Source: Minisyncoccia bacterium (lineage in GTDB: Bacteria > Patescibacteriota > Minisyncoccia > SW-4-49-11). From it: a stretch of DNA of 64,000 nt. The notes under the pieces were generated by a model. It was not told where the DNA came from. It saw nothing but the letters and a program-made list of their open reading frames with translations, and did not search any database. Location of the stretch: assembly GCA_044356325.1 (NCBI GenBank), contig JBIKWJ010000001.1, positions 56,305 to 120,304 of the forward strand, in the 5' to 3' direction. Shown piece after piece: positions 9,092 to 18,674 of the stretch; positions within the stretch are counted from its first letter, which is position 1, and each line of letters starts with the position of its first letter. The translations under genes and the position numbers were made by a program.

Positions 9092-10662
9092 TACTGATCT
9101 ATAGTTAATTTGGATACTACTGCTGGAACTGCTTCAAAAGACTTTTCATTCTCAATTAATATATTTTTTTGTTTTAATGGTAATGAAGCTTGTAAAAATG
9201 GAATCATAATCATAATATTTAATACTATCCAGGTACCATTCGCAAATAATGATGCGGTGACACCACTATGAGAAAGATAATACGTTATTCCAATTAAAGA
9301 TATCAATATATATATAATATGTGGCCAATTAAGATGAATAAAATTACCAGAAACTTGAGTCTTAGAAGTGATACTAAATCCATTTTTTTGACCAGTCAAT
9401 ACTGCGATTAAAGCTTGAATATGAATCATAAAAGAACTCATTGAGAAAGCTAGCCCTTTAAAAGAATAGGTAAAATTACTACTTCTTTGTAATATATACA
9501 TAACTAGATAAATATATGGGATAAAGATTAGAGCAATAATCATACTAGAATTTATCAATGGGACATTCCCAGTGAATAAGAATATAAGTGGTAAAATCAT
9601 ATTCAAGAGGAATATGACACCAGATAAATAATAGCTAGCTGAGGATAAATATTGTAATTTTTGAGAGAAAGATAACCCCCTATTGAACAAGGGATTATAT
9701 TTGAATATTATTTCTAAACTACCTCTTGCCCATCTAAATTGCTGCTTATAATATGACATAAAATCTTCTGGAGCAAGTCCCTCTGCTAATACCTCTTGTA
9801 TATATACAGATTTCCAGCCCTTTGAGTGGACAAATAAGGAAGTGAGAAAATCTTCTGCAATATTAGTCTCACACATTCCACCAACCGCCATAATTGCCTC
9901 TCTTCTTAATACCATATTAGTACCACACATAAAAACCGAGTTAGTTTTATTCTTACCCTTACAGATAGCTCCAAAAAATAATTCTTGTTGTCTCCAAGCC
10001 CCTTCAGTGACAAGATTCTGATTATGATTCTTATAATATTGTGGTGTTTGCACAAAACCTACTTTCGAATCAATAAAATATCCCATAGTTTTCTGTAAGA
10101 ACTCTTGATCCGGTACATGATCTGCATCGAATACCACAAAGAATTCACTTTTTGTTTGCTGTAAAGCATTATTTATATTACCAGCCTTAGCTCCATGTGG
10201 AATTTTCCTTGTAATACAGTTGACACCCAAGTCTTTAGCTAATTTTTTAACTTCTCGCCAATTATCTTTTTTAGCTACAAAGCCATCATTTAATACATAA
10301 ATATTAAATTTTGGATATACCATATTCTTGGCCGCAATAGCGGTTTCCTTGATGATTTCAATTGGTTCTCCTGCCACTGTGATAAATATATCTACTTCTG
10401 GAGAAAAGTTTTCATCATATATATTATTACTTTGAGTGTCCCAAACTGTAATAATATACGTAATTATTTGCCATAAATGAAATATTTCTCCTACAATCAA
10501 AATAGCATATAACCAATAATTACTAGGTGCTATAAAAAATGTAATAAATATAAAGTAAATAAGCGATATTAATGCCACTCCTATGAGTAATATTTTAGAG
10601 GCTTGGGTATTTTGTAAAAATATTTTACGTGGATTATCATTCATAGACATATAATTATTCAT
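9091..10662 (-). CDS. bcsA: Cellulose synthase catalytic subunit-like GT2 (no PilZ domain)
   Basis: DDG, HGAKAGN, DAD, QTPQ, FMCGT, AED and QQFRW motifs. Confidence 0.85.
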   Translation of the reverse strand: MNNYMSMNDNPRKIFLQNTQASKILLIGVALISLIYFIFITFFIAPSNYWLYAILIVGEIFHLWQIITYIITVWDTQSNNIYDENFSPEVDIFITVAGEPIEIIKETAIAAKNMVYPKFNIYVLNDGFVAKKDNWREVKKLAKDLGVNCITRKIPHGAKAGNINNALQQTKSEFFVVFDADHVPDQEFLQKTMGYFIDSKVGFVQTPQYYKNHNQNLVTEGAWRQQELFFGAICKGKNKTNSVFMCGTNMVLRREAIMAVGGMCETNIAEDFLTSLFVHSKGWKSVYIQEVLAEGLAPEDFMSYYKQQFRWARGSLEIIFKYNPLFNRGLSFSQKLQYLSSASYYLSGVIFLLNMILPLIFLFTGNVPLINSSMIIALIFIPYIYLVMYILQRSSNFTYSFKGLAFSMSSFMIHIQALIAVLTGQKNGFSITSKTQVSGNFIHLNWPHIIYILISLIGITYYLSHSGVTASLFANGTWIVLNIMIMIPFLQASLPLKQKNILIENEKSFEAVPAVVSKLTIDQ

Positions 10663-11911
10663 AAGCTTCTTTTATATCTTGCTCAGATAAAGTAGCAAAA
10701 TAATTTGGAAGTAAATCATTATATGTAGCAAGTCCAAACCAAGCCCAGTTACTATCATAATAACCTAATGGATATCTCCATTTTTGAGTGTCTCTATTGT
10801 ATAAAGGTAATAGTTTTTGTTCATATATATCCTTTGCAATATCTGGATTAGCAATTACAAAATAACCGATATTAGCACCAATTACCGCTGGAGATGAACC
10901 CTTATCCAATATTCTCCCATCATGAGAGTAGGTATTATAAATATTTTTATCTGAATTCCAAATAGATAATAAGAAATTATTCTTTTCAAAATAACTTTTT
11001 GCCCTACTATCTTTATACCATGAATAATCTAGATATAGCCGCCACATAACCCTATGTGCATCAAAACTATAATTAGTTGTGATATCACCATTTTGAGATG
11101 CCGTCAGTAATCCCGTATTTCTATCTAGGAGCACCCAATCTGTTGGTATTCCAGCCGAATTTTGCTTGTCTAAAGGAAAAGCTGAGGATGTTATAATTAC
11201 CTCATAAGAAGTATTTATAACTCCTTGCCAATCATGAGATTTATCTATATTCGAGAACATTCTATATGCATAGGGAGCATAATAAGATGGGTTTAATAAC
11301 AGGGTATTTGAATTATATTTTTCGATATCATTAGCGGTAATATATGGCCTATTATCAACCATAACTACACTTTCATTCCAAATAGCTTTAATAATACTGT
11401 CAGCTTCCAAAAGATATGTAGAGTTACCCCAACGAGCATAAGCAAATAACAAAGCCATAGCTATATCTGTATCTCCATCTGTAGCAGAATTATCACCACC
11501 TATTTCATTAAGAACTCCATAACTACCATCTTCTTTTTTACCAAATACCCAAGCAAATAAATTATTACTCTTCCACAGATTATCTTTTGTCCATTGCCAA
11601 CTTTTATCAAAAGTTTCTTTATCATCTTGCCAAACTGCTCTCAGCATAGTATAACTTTGACCTTCGGAAGTAGTAATATCATTCCTCTGCCGGTCTAAAG
11701 TTCTAAAAGATGAATCCTCAATATAATCATCTTTATAATTCTCCCATAAAGATTCTAACATAGCTTTATTTGAAAATATATAATTATTTTGAATGGATTT
11801 TTCCTTAACAAAAGATGTATTGCTGAGACCCATGAATAAAATAATCATTAAAAAAGCAAATGCACCTATCCAAATTGTTTGATTGAGTATACTTAATATA
11901 TTGTTTATCAT
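10655..11911 (-). CDS. GH8 endoglucanase (BcsZ-like), N-terminal membrane anchor
   Basis: TTSEGQSY, NSATDGDTDIA, LNPSY and FDAHR motifs. Confidence 0.9.
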   Translation of the reverse strand: MINNILSILNQTIWIGAFAFLMIILFMGLSNTSFVKEKSIQNNYIFSNKAMLESLWENYKDDYIEDSSFRTLDRQRNDITTSEGQSYTMLRAVWQDDKETFDKSWQWTKDNLWKSNNLFAWVFGKKEDGSYGVLNEIGGDNSATDGDTDIAMALLFAYARWGNSTYLLEADSIIKAIWNESVVMVDNRPYITANDIEKYNSNTLLLNPSYYAPYAYRMFSNIDKSHDWQGVINTSYEVIITSSAFPLDKQNSAGIPTDWVLLDRNTGLLTASQNGDITTNYSFDAHRVMWRLYLDYSWYKDSRAKSYFEKNNFLLSIWNSDKNIYNTYSHDGRILDKGSSPAVIGANIGYFVIANPDIAKDIYEQKLLPLYNRDTQKWRYPLGYYDSNWAWFGLATYNDLLPNYFATLSEQDIKEAYE

Positions 11912-11967
11912 TGCTTATTTCTATAATAGATTACTGTTAATAAAGTTACATAGTCAAAACTAGCACA

Positions 11968-12006
11968 CTACTTAACTTTTGTCAAATGTTGACAAAAGTT
12001 AAGTAG
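11968..12006. promoter_or_regulatory. Perfect 18-bp inverted repeat over the putative -35 of the glucan operon
   Basis: CTACTTAACTTTTGTCAA-ATG-TTGACAAAAGTTAAGTAG. Confidence 0.6.
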
Positions 12007-12041
12007 ACATTATGACAATAATTTTATATATAATCTAAAAT

Positions 12042-12076
12042 AAAAAAAGCAATATTTTGATATCAAAATATTGCTT
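12042..12076. terminator. Hairpin terminator downstream of 12174-13541
   Basis: AAAGCAATATTTTGATATCAAAATATTGCTTT palindrome with A-tract. Confidence 0.55.
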
Positions 12077-12173
12077 TAAAATACAAGATTTAAGTAATTA
12101 TATAGTGAAAATATCCTCTATAAATTTCAACCAAATATCTTCCTTTTTTCTCTGATAATGTATAAATTAAAAA

Positions 12174-13541
12174 TTAGTAAGCGACTGGTCTTGGCATTGG
12201 AACTGGTAAAATATTAGTAAATCCAGATTGAAAAAATAATAAATACAAAGCCAATATAATTACAAACCAAATAAATTGTAGAATGATAATTGACAATAAA
12301 TTACCCCAACCCTTTCTCAAACCAACCATAATAGCTGGTGCGAGGAGAATGAGAGCATATAATAGAGTTGTGATGACTGAAATCAGAGAGCTGAATGTGG
12401 GATCATAATATATATATTGCCATACATTATTATAATTCAAGACTCTTAATATAAGACTTATAATAATGACTACAATAACTGCTCCCAGACTAATTAAAAC
12501 ATTATTCAAATCAAATAAATGAATAGAATTTTTATTGGTAATATTCTGCTCCTTATTTTGTGTTTTGCGAGAGTCATCCGAACTTTTTTTAGGTTTAGAA
12601 TTGATATATTTTGAAATGAGATAAATCAATACAATAATCGCAGCAATCACGAGAATTGTATTGATAATTTCATTGAGATAAAGCCTCAACCAATTCTTGG
12701 CATATTCTCCTCTGACATTAAAACTCTCATTAGGAGCGAGACTTTTACCCTCTTTTATAATTGCTCCATAAGAGCCAATATTACTAACTACCCTGTCTAA
12801 TTCCCTACTAGATACAGCTGATGAATCTCCTAATTTAGCCATAGGCATAGTCCCAGCACTTTCATTATAATTGACCGATGATTGTTTGCCTTTGATAAAT
12901 AAATCACTATCTACATCTACTGCTACTTTCGTTGATTGTATTCTGGAATTTACTCGTATAGTCTCAAAATTGAATTTATATAAACCAAAAGTATTATCTA
13001 CATAACCCTTAGAAGCATAAGAGATAATAAGAGCAGTAGATTTGGAAGGCTCGACTGAATTAGGCAAAGTTAAATTATAAGTATTTCCCGTTTTCGTATA
13101 TTTGATTTTAGTATATTCAGCTGATTGTCCTGAGCCATAGTAATAATAATCTTGCCCATAATCTGGGTCACGATATTCCAAACACTTATTAGGTTGAGTA
13201 TTATAATCATATCTTACACATTCTGGAGGTAATTTCATCTGATACATTATCATCTCATAAGGATCAACTTTTGGAATTTCAAAACTAAAGTCGCTGAGAG
13301 CCTGTTCCTCTCGATTAGGGATAACTATTTTAGCATAGGTAATAGCCTCACCATTACCACGAAAAACCACACTATAGGAATGTTTTTGCCCAAATAAAAG
13401 TGAGTTGGAAGTATCAGAGGGTATAGGTGGAATAGGATACAGAGCAGGTCTTGATTCAGCAAAAACAACTCCCCCAAAATTAGTTAAAAAAAGACCCAGT
13501 ACTAGTACTAAAGCAATAGATTTCCTTATTATTTTATACAT
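12174..13541 (-). CDS. Hypothetical exported protein with C-terminal transmembrane helices
   Basis: Signal peptide (VVFA/E), soluble domain, about 4 C-terminal transmembrane segments. Confidence 0.75.
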   Translation of the reverse strand: MYKIIRKSIALVLVLGLFLTNFGGVVFAESRPALYPIPPIPSDTSNSLLFGQKHSYSVVFRGNGEAITYAKIVIPNREEQALSDFSFEIPKVDPYEMIMYQMKLPPECVRYDYNTQPNKCLEYRDPDYGQDYYYYGSGQSAEYTKIKYTKTGNTYNLTLPNSVEPSKSTALIISYASKGYVDNTFGLYKFNFETIRVNSRIQSTKVAVDVDSDLFIKGKQSSVNYNESAGTMPMAKLGDSSAVSSRELDRVVSNIGSYGAIIKEGKSLAPNESFNVRGEYAKNWLRLYLNEIINTILVIAAIIVLIYLISKYINSKPKKSSDDSRKTQNKEQNITNKNSIHLFDLNNVLISLGAVIVVIIISLILRVLNYNNVWQYIYYDPTFSSLISVITTLLYALILLAPAIMVGLRKGWGNLLSIIILQFIWFVIILALYLLFFQSGFTNILPVPMPRPVAY

Positions 13542-13660
13542 ATTTTTATTTAGTAATTTAATACTGAATATATAATAACATAAATTTAAAAAATTATCTC
13601 AAATTTAGGAAAAGCAAATATTCTCAGAAAAAAACTTTTACAAATAATATAGTAGTGATT

Positions 13661-14005
13661 TTATTCGTTGTGATTTTGATTGACTTTAAAAGCAATAATT
13701 TTCTCAATCAACTCATAAGGAATGGGTTTATCGAGAGGAAATTGTACTGACCCCTTACCTTGTTTGTATTGGGATAAGTCTTGCGCAAATTCTGTATGAG
13801 CTCTAGGATTGGCATATAATCCAATATGATGTTCAAAGGCGGCAAAATATACCAAAGGTTTATGATTGAGTTTAAAAGCAGGCATTGCATAAGAAATACT
13901 CTCCTCAGCCTCTGGAGCTAAAGTCTTGACCAAATCATATAGCTTATTCAAGATGATTTGTGTTGATTCAGGGAATTGTGATATATATTCAGCTATAGAA
14001 TTCAT
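13661..14005 (-). CDS. DUF1801/YdhG family protein
   Basis: AEESISYAMPAF, YFAAFEHHIGLY and GKGSVQFPLDKPIPYELI motifs. Confidence 0.88.
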   Translation of the reverse strand: MNSIAEYISQFPESTQIILNKLYDLVKTLAPEAEESISYAMPAFKLNHKPLVYFAAFEHHIGLYANPRAHTEFAQDLSQYKQGKGSVQFPLDKPIPYELIEKIIAFKVNQNHNE

Positions 14006-14041
14006 ATATTGTTAATTTACATTATATATAGTATAGCATAT

Positions 14042-14458
14042 GAATAAGGTGAGAAAAATCCTAGGTAAACTAGGAGTTATGTAGGGGCGACCTTGTAGTC
14101 GCCTGCACTATTATGTCCTCCTTTCTACATACGGTAGACAAGTGGAGGGGGTGGCCGTCAGGCCAGAGGTGGACTAAGCTAAATTCCCCTCTTGAGGGGT
14201 ACCGTCGTTAGATGGTGGGGTGGAATATTTTTGTAACTTGAGTTTGTGCCCCCCTTCGCCTGCCTGCGGTAGGCAGGGAGGGGGAAGCCTGAAAGACGGG
14301 GGTGGATAGAATCAAAACTAAAGTATATTTGATAATCATATTGAATTTGAGAATATAGGTTTTTAATTATCCACACCCACCGCAAGCGGTTCCCCCTCTC
14401 CAAAGAGGGACATAAGACAGGCAACTGAAAGGTCACCCCTACGAAATGCATAATTTAC
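14042..14458. repeat. Composite palindromic repeat element A
   Basis: Degenerate terminal repeat at 14042, inverted GTAG REP-like pair (14081 and 14442), CCCCTC-TT-GAGGGG units, 19-bp palindrome at 14259-14277. Confidence 0.8.
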
Positions 14459-14503
14459 AATTGCCAACTACACCCCACCCCGTAATTTACGGGGTGTTTT
14501 TCT

Positions 14504-14920
14504 TTATATAGACTTGAGGAAGCGCTCAATATCAGGATATCTCTCGCTGAACATAAGATATACAGTTTCTGGCTTCTCTACCTCACCAATTAATATCAGT
14601 TTTTTATTAAGACCAAAAGCAACCCCAGCCTCCATATGAGCAGCAAGTCCACAAGGGAGTAACATTACAATAGTATCAGCATTCTTGAGTCCGGCCATAT
14701 CAGTTTCGAAATGATCAATATGAATGGGATCATTCCAAAAATTGGTATGAGATTCCAAAATATTCATTTGTTCCTCCCAAGGTAAATCAGGAGTGTCTGG
14801 AGTTGCTGGTATATCAAGAAAATTATAACAGCTATAGCCTTTGGATTCTATTCCATCTACAAGAAGCTGAATATTATCAGCATTCCGTGTGCGCCCTATT
14901 ACCATATAGTCTGTTTGCAT
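14504..14920 (-). CDS. Nucleoside 2-deoxyribosyltransferase-like protein
   Basis: D..GLKNADTIVMLLPCGLAAHMEAGVAFGLNKK motif. Confidence 0.7.
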   Translation of the reverse strand: MQTDYMVIGRTRNADNIQLLVDGIESKGYSCYNFLDIPATPDTPDLPWEEQMNILESHTNFWNDPIHIDHFETDMAGLKNADTIVMLLPCGLAAHMEAGVAFGLNKKLILIGEVEKPETVYLMFSERYPDIERFLKSI

Positions 14921-14957
14921 ATTATTTTTCTCTATCTTTTAGAAAAATTATTTAGGT

Positions 14958-15290
14958 CTATTTTCTAGAGCACCATGTATAACTATCAATACATCTCAAT
15001 GTATTGGGTTCAGAGTCATCAGGACAAATTTTTTCACTAAGAGGGGTGCCTTTTTCATAAATAAGTGAGTTGGCCTGCTCAGCATCATTGACTGAAGATA
15101 AGCAACAACCTGATTCTTTACATTTATTTCTAAAACTTTCATAATATGCTTTTGATTTGGGTTCTATTTTTGTCTGTTGATTAGAGAGATTATTTTCTAC
15201 AGTTTTTTGGTTAATATTAATATAGATAAACAAAATAATACCTATAATAGCTAAAAGAATCGATAATGATATTATATAAATTTTTTTCAT
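14958..15290 (-). CDS. Small membrane-anchored Cys-rich exported protein
   Basis: N-terminal transmembrane helix; 6 Cys in the C-terminal domain. Confidence 0.65.
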   Translation of the reverse strand: MKKIYIISLSILLAIIGIILFIYININQKTVENNLSNQQTKIEPKSKAYYESFRNKCKESGCCLSSVNDAEQANSLIYEKGTPLSEKICPDDSEPNTLRCIDSYTWCSRK

Positions 15291-15341
15291 AGTTTTATTA
15301 TATAGATTTATCTTATATCATACAAGACTATATACTTATTT

Positions 15342-16502
15342 GTGCGCAGAAGAGAGACTTGAGTCGCAAATGGGATTTGCTATATAGTGTCTAGAATAGC
15401 CTAAAATAGTATATAAAAAAAGGTTTTCCATATTAAATTACTAGCTTACAACTAGTAACTATCCCTCGTATATACCCTTTTTCTAAGTTTAAAAATCATC
15501 CCCGGGAAATTGTATGTTACTGTACCATCTCTTTCTATTTTAAGCCTGAGTGACTCTTTAATCTCATTGGATAAACTATCTGTATATTCAACCCACATTG
15601 ATTTGCCTAAATCTGTCATTTCTTTAGTTCGCATATAGGTTATAGTACCTTCAAAATTATCTATTTCCTCAAAGCAAAACCCAGCTTCATAAAACCATTG
15701 CTTTAATTCTTTTAATTTGGCAAAATACCGAGGGTATTTTTCTGTATCAATACTTTGATATTGTCCTGAGGCTAAATCTTTGATATTTACAATATCATTG
15801 AGAGCATTATGAGTAATATCAGTGGTAATATATGTTTGTAGAATAAATGTACCATTAGAGACTAAAACCCTATTAATTTCTTTTAAAGCTTTTATCTGAA
15901 GTGTTTTAGGCAAATCATATATAGCTGATCTGAGAAAAATACGATCAAAACTTTCATTGGGAAATGGTATATCAACAACAGAAGCTTGGATTTTTTTTAA
16001 TTCTTTTGGCGACATATTTAGCATACCTTGGCTAAAATCAAGTACATAATTTTGACATCTTGGAAAAAGCACCTTTAACCGCTTTGATAATAATGCAGTC
16101 CCACACATTACTTCAAGTATCTTCTGCCCATCTTCAATTTCTGATATTTCAATAATTCTAGGTATTAAGTCATCTCGACGAGTACCTTCATAGGCTTTCC
16201 CATTCCATTGGGAAGCAATCCTATCATAGCGCTTTTGAAGCTGAATATTTATAATGGATGAAACTTCATCTTTGATATTACTTTTTCTTTTTTTGAGTTT
16301 TTCTGAAATTAGAATATTTGTAGAATTATTAAATTTACTCATACTACAAAATTAAACTACTAATTTAAAATAATTATTTATCATTATAAAGATTTTATCA
16401 TAATTTTAAAATTTTTATAAAATACTACGTCTAATAATAAAATATACCCTTAAGGATAAATCCTCAAGAGCATATTTTCTATAGTGCGCAGAAGAGGACT
16501 TG
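15342..16502 (-). mobile_element. Integrase-less islet bounded by tRNA-Leu 3'-end direct repeats
   Basis: GTGCGCAGAAGAGAGACTTGA at 15342-15362 versus GTGCGCAGAAGAGGACTTGA at 16484 onward; encloses a methyltransferase gene. Confidence 0.7.
15452..16342 (-). CDS. Class I SAM-dependent methyltransferase
   Basis: ILEVMCGTA, LDFSQGML and IPFPNESFDRI motifs. Confidence 0.85.
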   Translation of the reverse strand: MSKFNNSTNILISEKLKKRKSNIKDEVSSIINIQLQKRYDRIASQWNGKAYEGTRRDDLIPRIIEISEIEDGQKILEVMCGTALLSKRLKVLFPRCQNYVLDFSQGMLNMSPKELKKIQASVVDIPFPNESFDRIFLRSAIYDLPKTLQIKALKEINRVLVSNGTFILQTYITTDITHNALNDIVNIKDLASGQYQSIDTEKYPRYFAKLKELKQWFYEAGFCFEEIDNFEGTITYMRTKEMTDLGKSMWVEYTDSLSNEIKESLRLKIERDGTVTYNFPGMIFKLRKRVYTRDSY

Positions 16503-16573
16503 AACCTCCACGGTACTTTGTATTTTCCCACAAGCACCTCAAGCTTGCGTGTCTACCATTCCACCACCTGCGC
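16485..16573 (-). tRNA. tRNA-Leu(GAG)
   Basis: GCGCAGG acceptor, anticodon arm CAAGC-TTGAGGT-GCTTG, long variable arm, TTCAAGT T loop. Confidence 0.92.
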
Positions 16574-16607
16574 ATTTGAGAGGTTTTAGACTCTCAGGAA
16601 GCTGATA

Positions 16608-17021
16608 TTATTCAGCTGAGGTAATTTGTTGTTCTGGAGTATCTTCTACTACTGGAGCTGATTTTGTTGACTCTGTAGTAATAATTTTCTTTGCTCGCTC
16701 TTTTAGACGATATTTCTTTCCTATTGCTTCTCTTAGATAAAAGAGTTTAGCTCGGCGAACTTTATTATGCTTAAGGATTTCAACTTTTGCAATATTAGGA
16801 GAATATATAGGGAAAATTCTCTCTACACCTATTCCGAGAGATACTTTTCTGACGGTGAAAGTAGCAGAAATACTCGTTTTAAGATGTTTTGCAATTACAA
16901 TACCTTCGAATATCTGAATTCGCTCTTTTGTTCCTTCAATAACTTTTTGATGTACTCGAACAGTATCCCCTATTTGTATAGGTTCAAATGGTAATTCTGT
17001 AGGTGTTGCTGCTGTACTCAT
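16608..17021 (-). CDS. rplS: 50S ribosomal protein L19
   Basis: [22 protein letters not shown] and [11 protein letters not shown] motifs. Confidence 0.97.
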   Translation of the reverse strand: MSTAATPTELPFEPIQIGDTVRVHQKVIEGTKERIQIFEGIVIAKHLKTSISATFTVRKVSLGIGVERIFPIYSPNIAKVEILKHNKVRRAKLFYLREAIGKKYRLKERAKKIITTESTKSAPVVEDTPEQQITSAE

Positions 17022-17059
17022 ATCATTGTCTTATATAATCTCCCTATAATGTGTTGGGG

Positions 17060-17133
17060 TGGGCGATGTAGGATTCGAACCTACGACCCTCTCGGTGTAA
17101 ACGAGATGCTCTAACCAACTGAGCCAATCGCCC
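17060..17133 (-). tRNA. tRNA-Val(TAC)
   Basis: GGGCGAT/ATCGCCC acceptor, anticodon arm TCTCG-TTTACAC-CGAGA. Confidence 0.95.
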
Positions 17134-17172
17134 CAAGTATTAGAATGAATCTTCTTATAGCGAAGCTCATCT

Positions 17173-17249
17173 TGGTAGCGATAGGAGGGATCGAACCTCC
17201 GACCTCGGGCTTATGAGTCCCGCGCTCTAACCAGCTGAGCTATATCGCC
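17173..17249 (-). tRNA. tRNA-CAT, probably elongator Met (Ile2 not excluded)
   Basis: GGCGATA/TATCGCT acceptor, CTCATAA loop, encoded CCA. Confidence 0.9.
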
Positions 17250-17273
17250 AATTAAGAGAAAGATACATCTTTG

Positions 17274-17345
<72 letters not shown>

Positions 17346-17496
17346 AATTTATATAACGCTTTAACATTATGACATATTCTTGAAAATAATGCAAGAGTTA
17401 GGGAAGGTGAATGATTAAAGCCAGTTAAACAATGTTAGTTTTCCAGATTGAAACAAAGACTAGATCGTAATACCCCATAACCTAATGCAAATATTT

Positions 17497-18045
17497 CTAG
17501 CAAGAAAGTTGTATCACTTGGGGGCTGATCCACAGGTGATTTCTTATACTAATAATAGCTTTGGATAATTTTTTTGATTCAATTTTTCTTATTTTTCCAT
17601 CATCTGGATCAATAATTTCATAAAAATCATCAATTTTTTTATTTACAATTATGAAATGTGGGTAATGATATTTGTAGTATAATCCCCAGTCCTGATTCCA
17701 GAGATGAAATCTATCAAGATAGAGTATTATAGGTTTTTCTAGAATTTTATCAATAAAGTTTAATTTTATTTTTTCTTGAGTTAAAGAAATTTGTTTGGGT
17801 AGATTCATCTTCTTAACAAAATCAAAAAATATTTGCGAATCCACATACCAATCAATTTTAACTTTGAAATCTTTAACAATTTTTTCCAGATGACCTCTCG
17901 CAATATTTTCTCGTTCGTACTTCAAGGAAAATATTAGTAGCTCAAGTTCATATTTGTCAGGTATTTTTTGATGTTTTTCTTTCTCTAAAAGAATCATCAA
18001 ACATTTGGCTAAACAAGTTTCGGGATGTTTTTGCTTAAAACTCAT
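17497..18045 (-). CDS. Stand-alone peptidase C39-like protein
   Basis: Q....TC...C, HFIIV and IIDP catalytic pattern. Confidence 0.7.
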   Translation of the reverse strand: MSFKQKHPETCLAKCLMILLEKEKHQKIPDKYELELLIFSLKYERENIARGHLEKIVKDFKVKIDWYVDSQIFFDFVKKMNLPKQISLTQEKIKLNFIDKILEKPIILYLDRFHLWNQDWGLYYKYHYPHFIIVNKKIDDFYEIIDPDDGKIRKIESKKLSKAIISIRNHLWISPQVIQLSC

Positions 18046-18232
18046 AATACATAATTATAATAGCCTTATTAAATTATCACAGACACTAAAAATTCTACTT
18101 AATTTCATAAAATATCCTTATAAGAATATTATACCTTTTCTTTATTTTTCACAAGTACAATGATTTAATTTGTTTGGATAATATTAGCTATGTTATAATA
18201 AATTTAATCTTATTCATAATTACCTAAAATAT

Positions 18233-18667
18233 ATGTCTGAAAGATTTCTCCCCTATGCTGCAGTTTGGGTAATTGTTTACAATGAAAAGCAAGAAATATG
18301 TCTATTAAGAAGATTTAATACGGGGTATATTGATGGGACTTATACCGTACCTGCGGGACATTTGGAGGAAGGTGAGAGTTTACAACAAGGAGCTCATCGT
18401 GAAGCTCTCGAGGAGGCTGGAATTACTATTACAGATAGTAAACTTGTACATACTGCCTATCGTGAGAGAAGGAATGACAGAATTTATATTGATGCATTCT
18501 TTGAAGTGTTAGATTATCAGGGAGAAGTCTATAATGCTGAGCCCAATAAATGTGATGAGGTGATTTGGGTATCTAAAGATAATTTACCCTCTGCTATAGC
18601 TCCTAGCTTGAGATTTGCTCTGGAGGCTATATTCCGAGGGGAGATTTATTCGGAATATGTGGAGTAG
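18233..18667 (+). CDS. NUDIX hydrolase
   Basis: Nudix box GHLEEGESLQQGAHREALEEAGI. Confidence 0.93.
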   Translation: MSERFLPYAAVWVIVYNEKQEICLLRRFNTGYIDGTYTVPAGHLEEGESLQQGAHREALEEAGITITDSKLVHTAYRERRNDRIYIDAFFEVLDYQGEVYNAEPNKCDEVIWVSKDNLPSAIAPSLRFALEAIFRGEIYSEYVE

Positions 18668-18674
18668 TTAGAAA

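Noticed and set aside
14179-14451. 90-aa ORF
   Set aside because: It is a translation of palindromic repeat element A.
1564-17225. 31-39 anticodon-stem mismatches in tRNA-Ser and elongator tRNA-Met
   Set aside because: Single mismatches at this position are tolerated, so this is not enough to call pseudo-tRNAs or editing.
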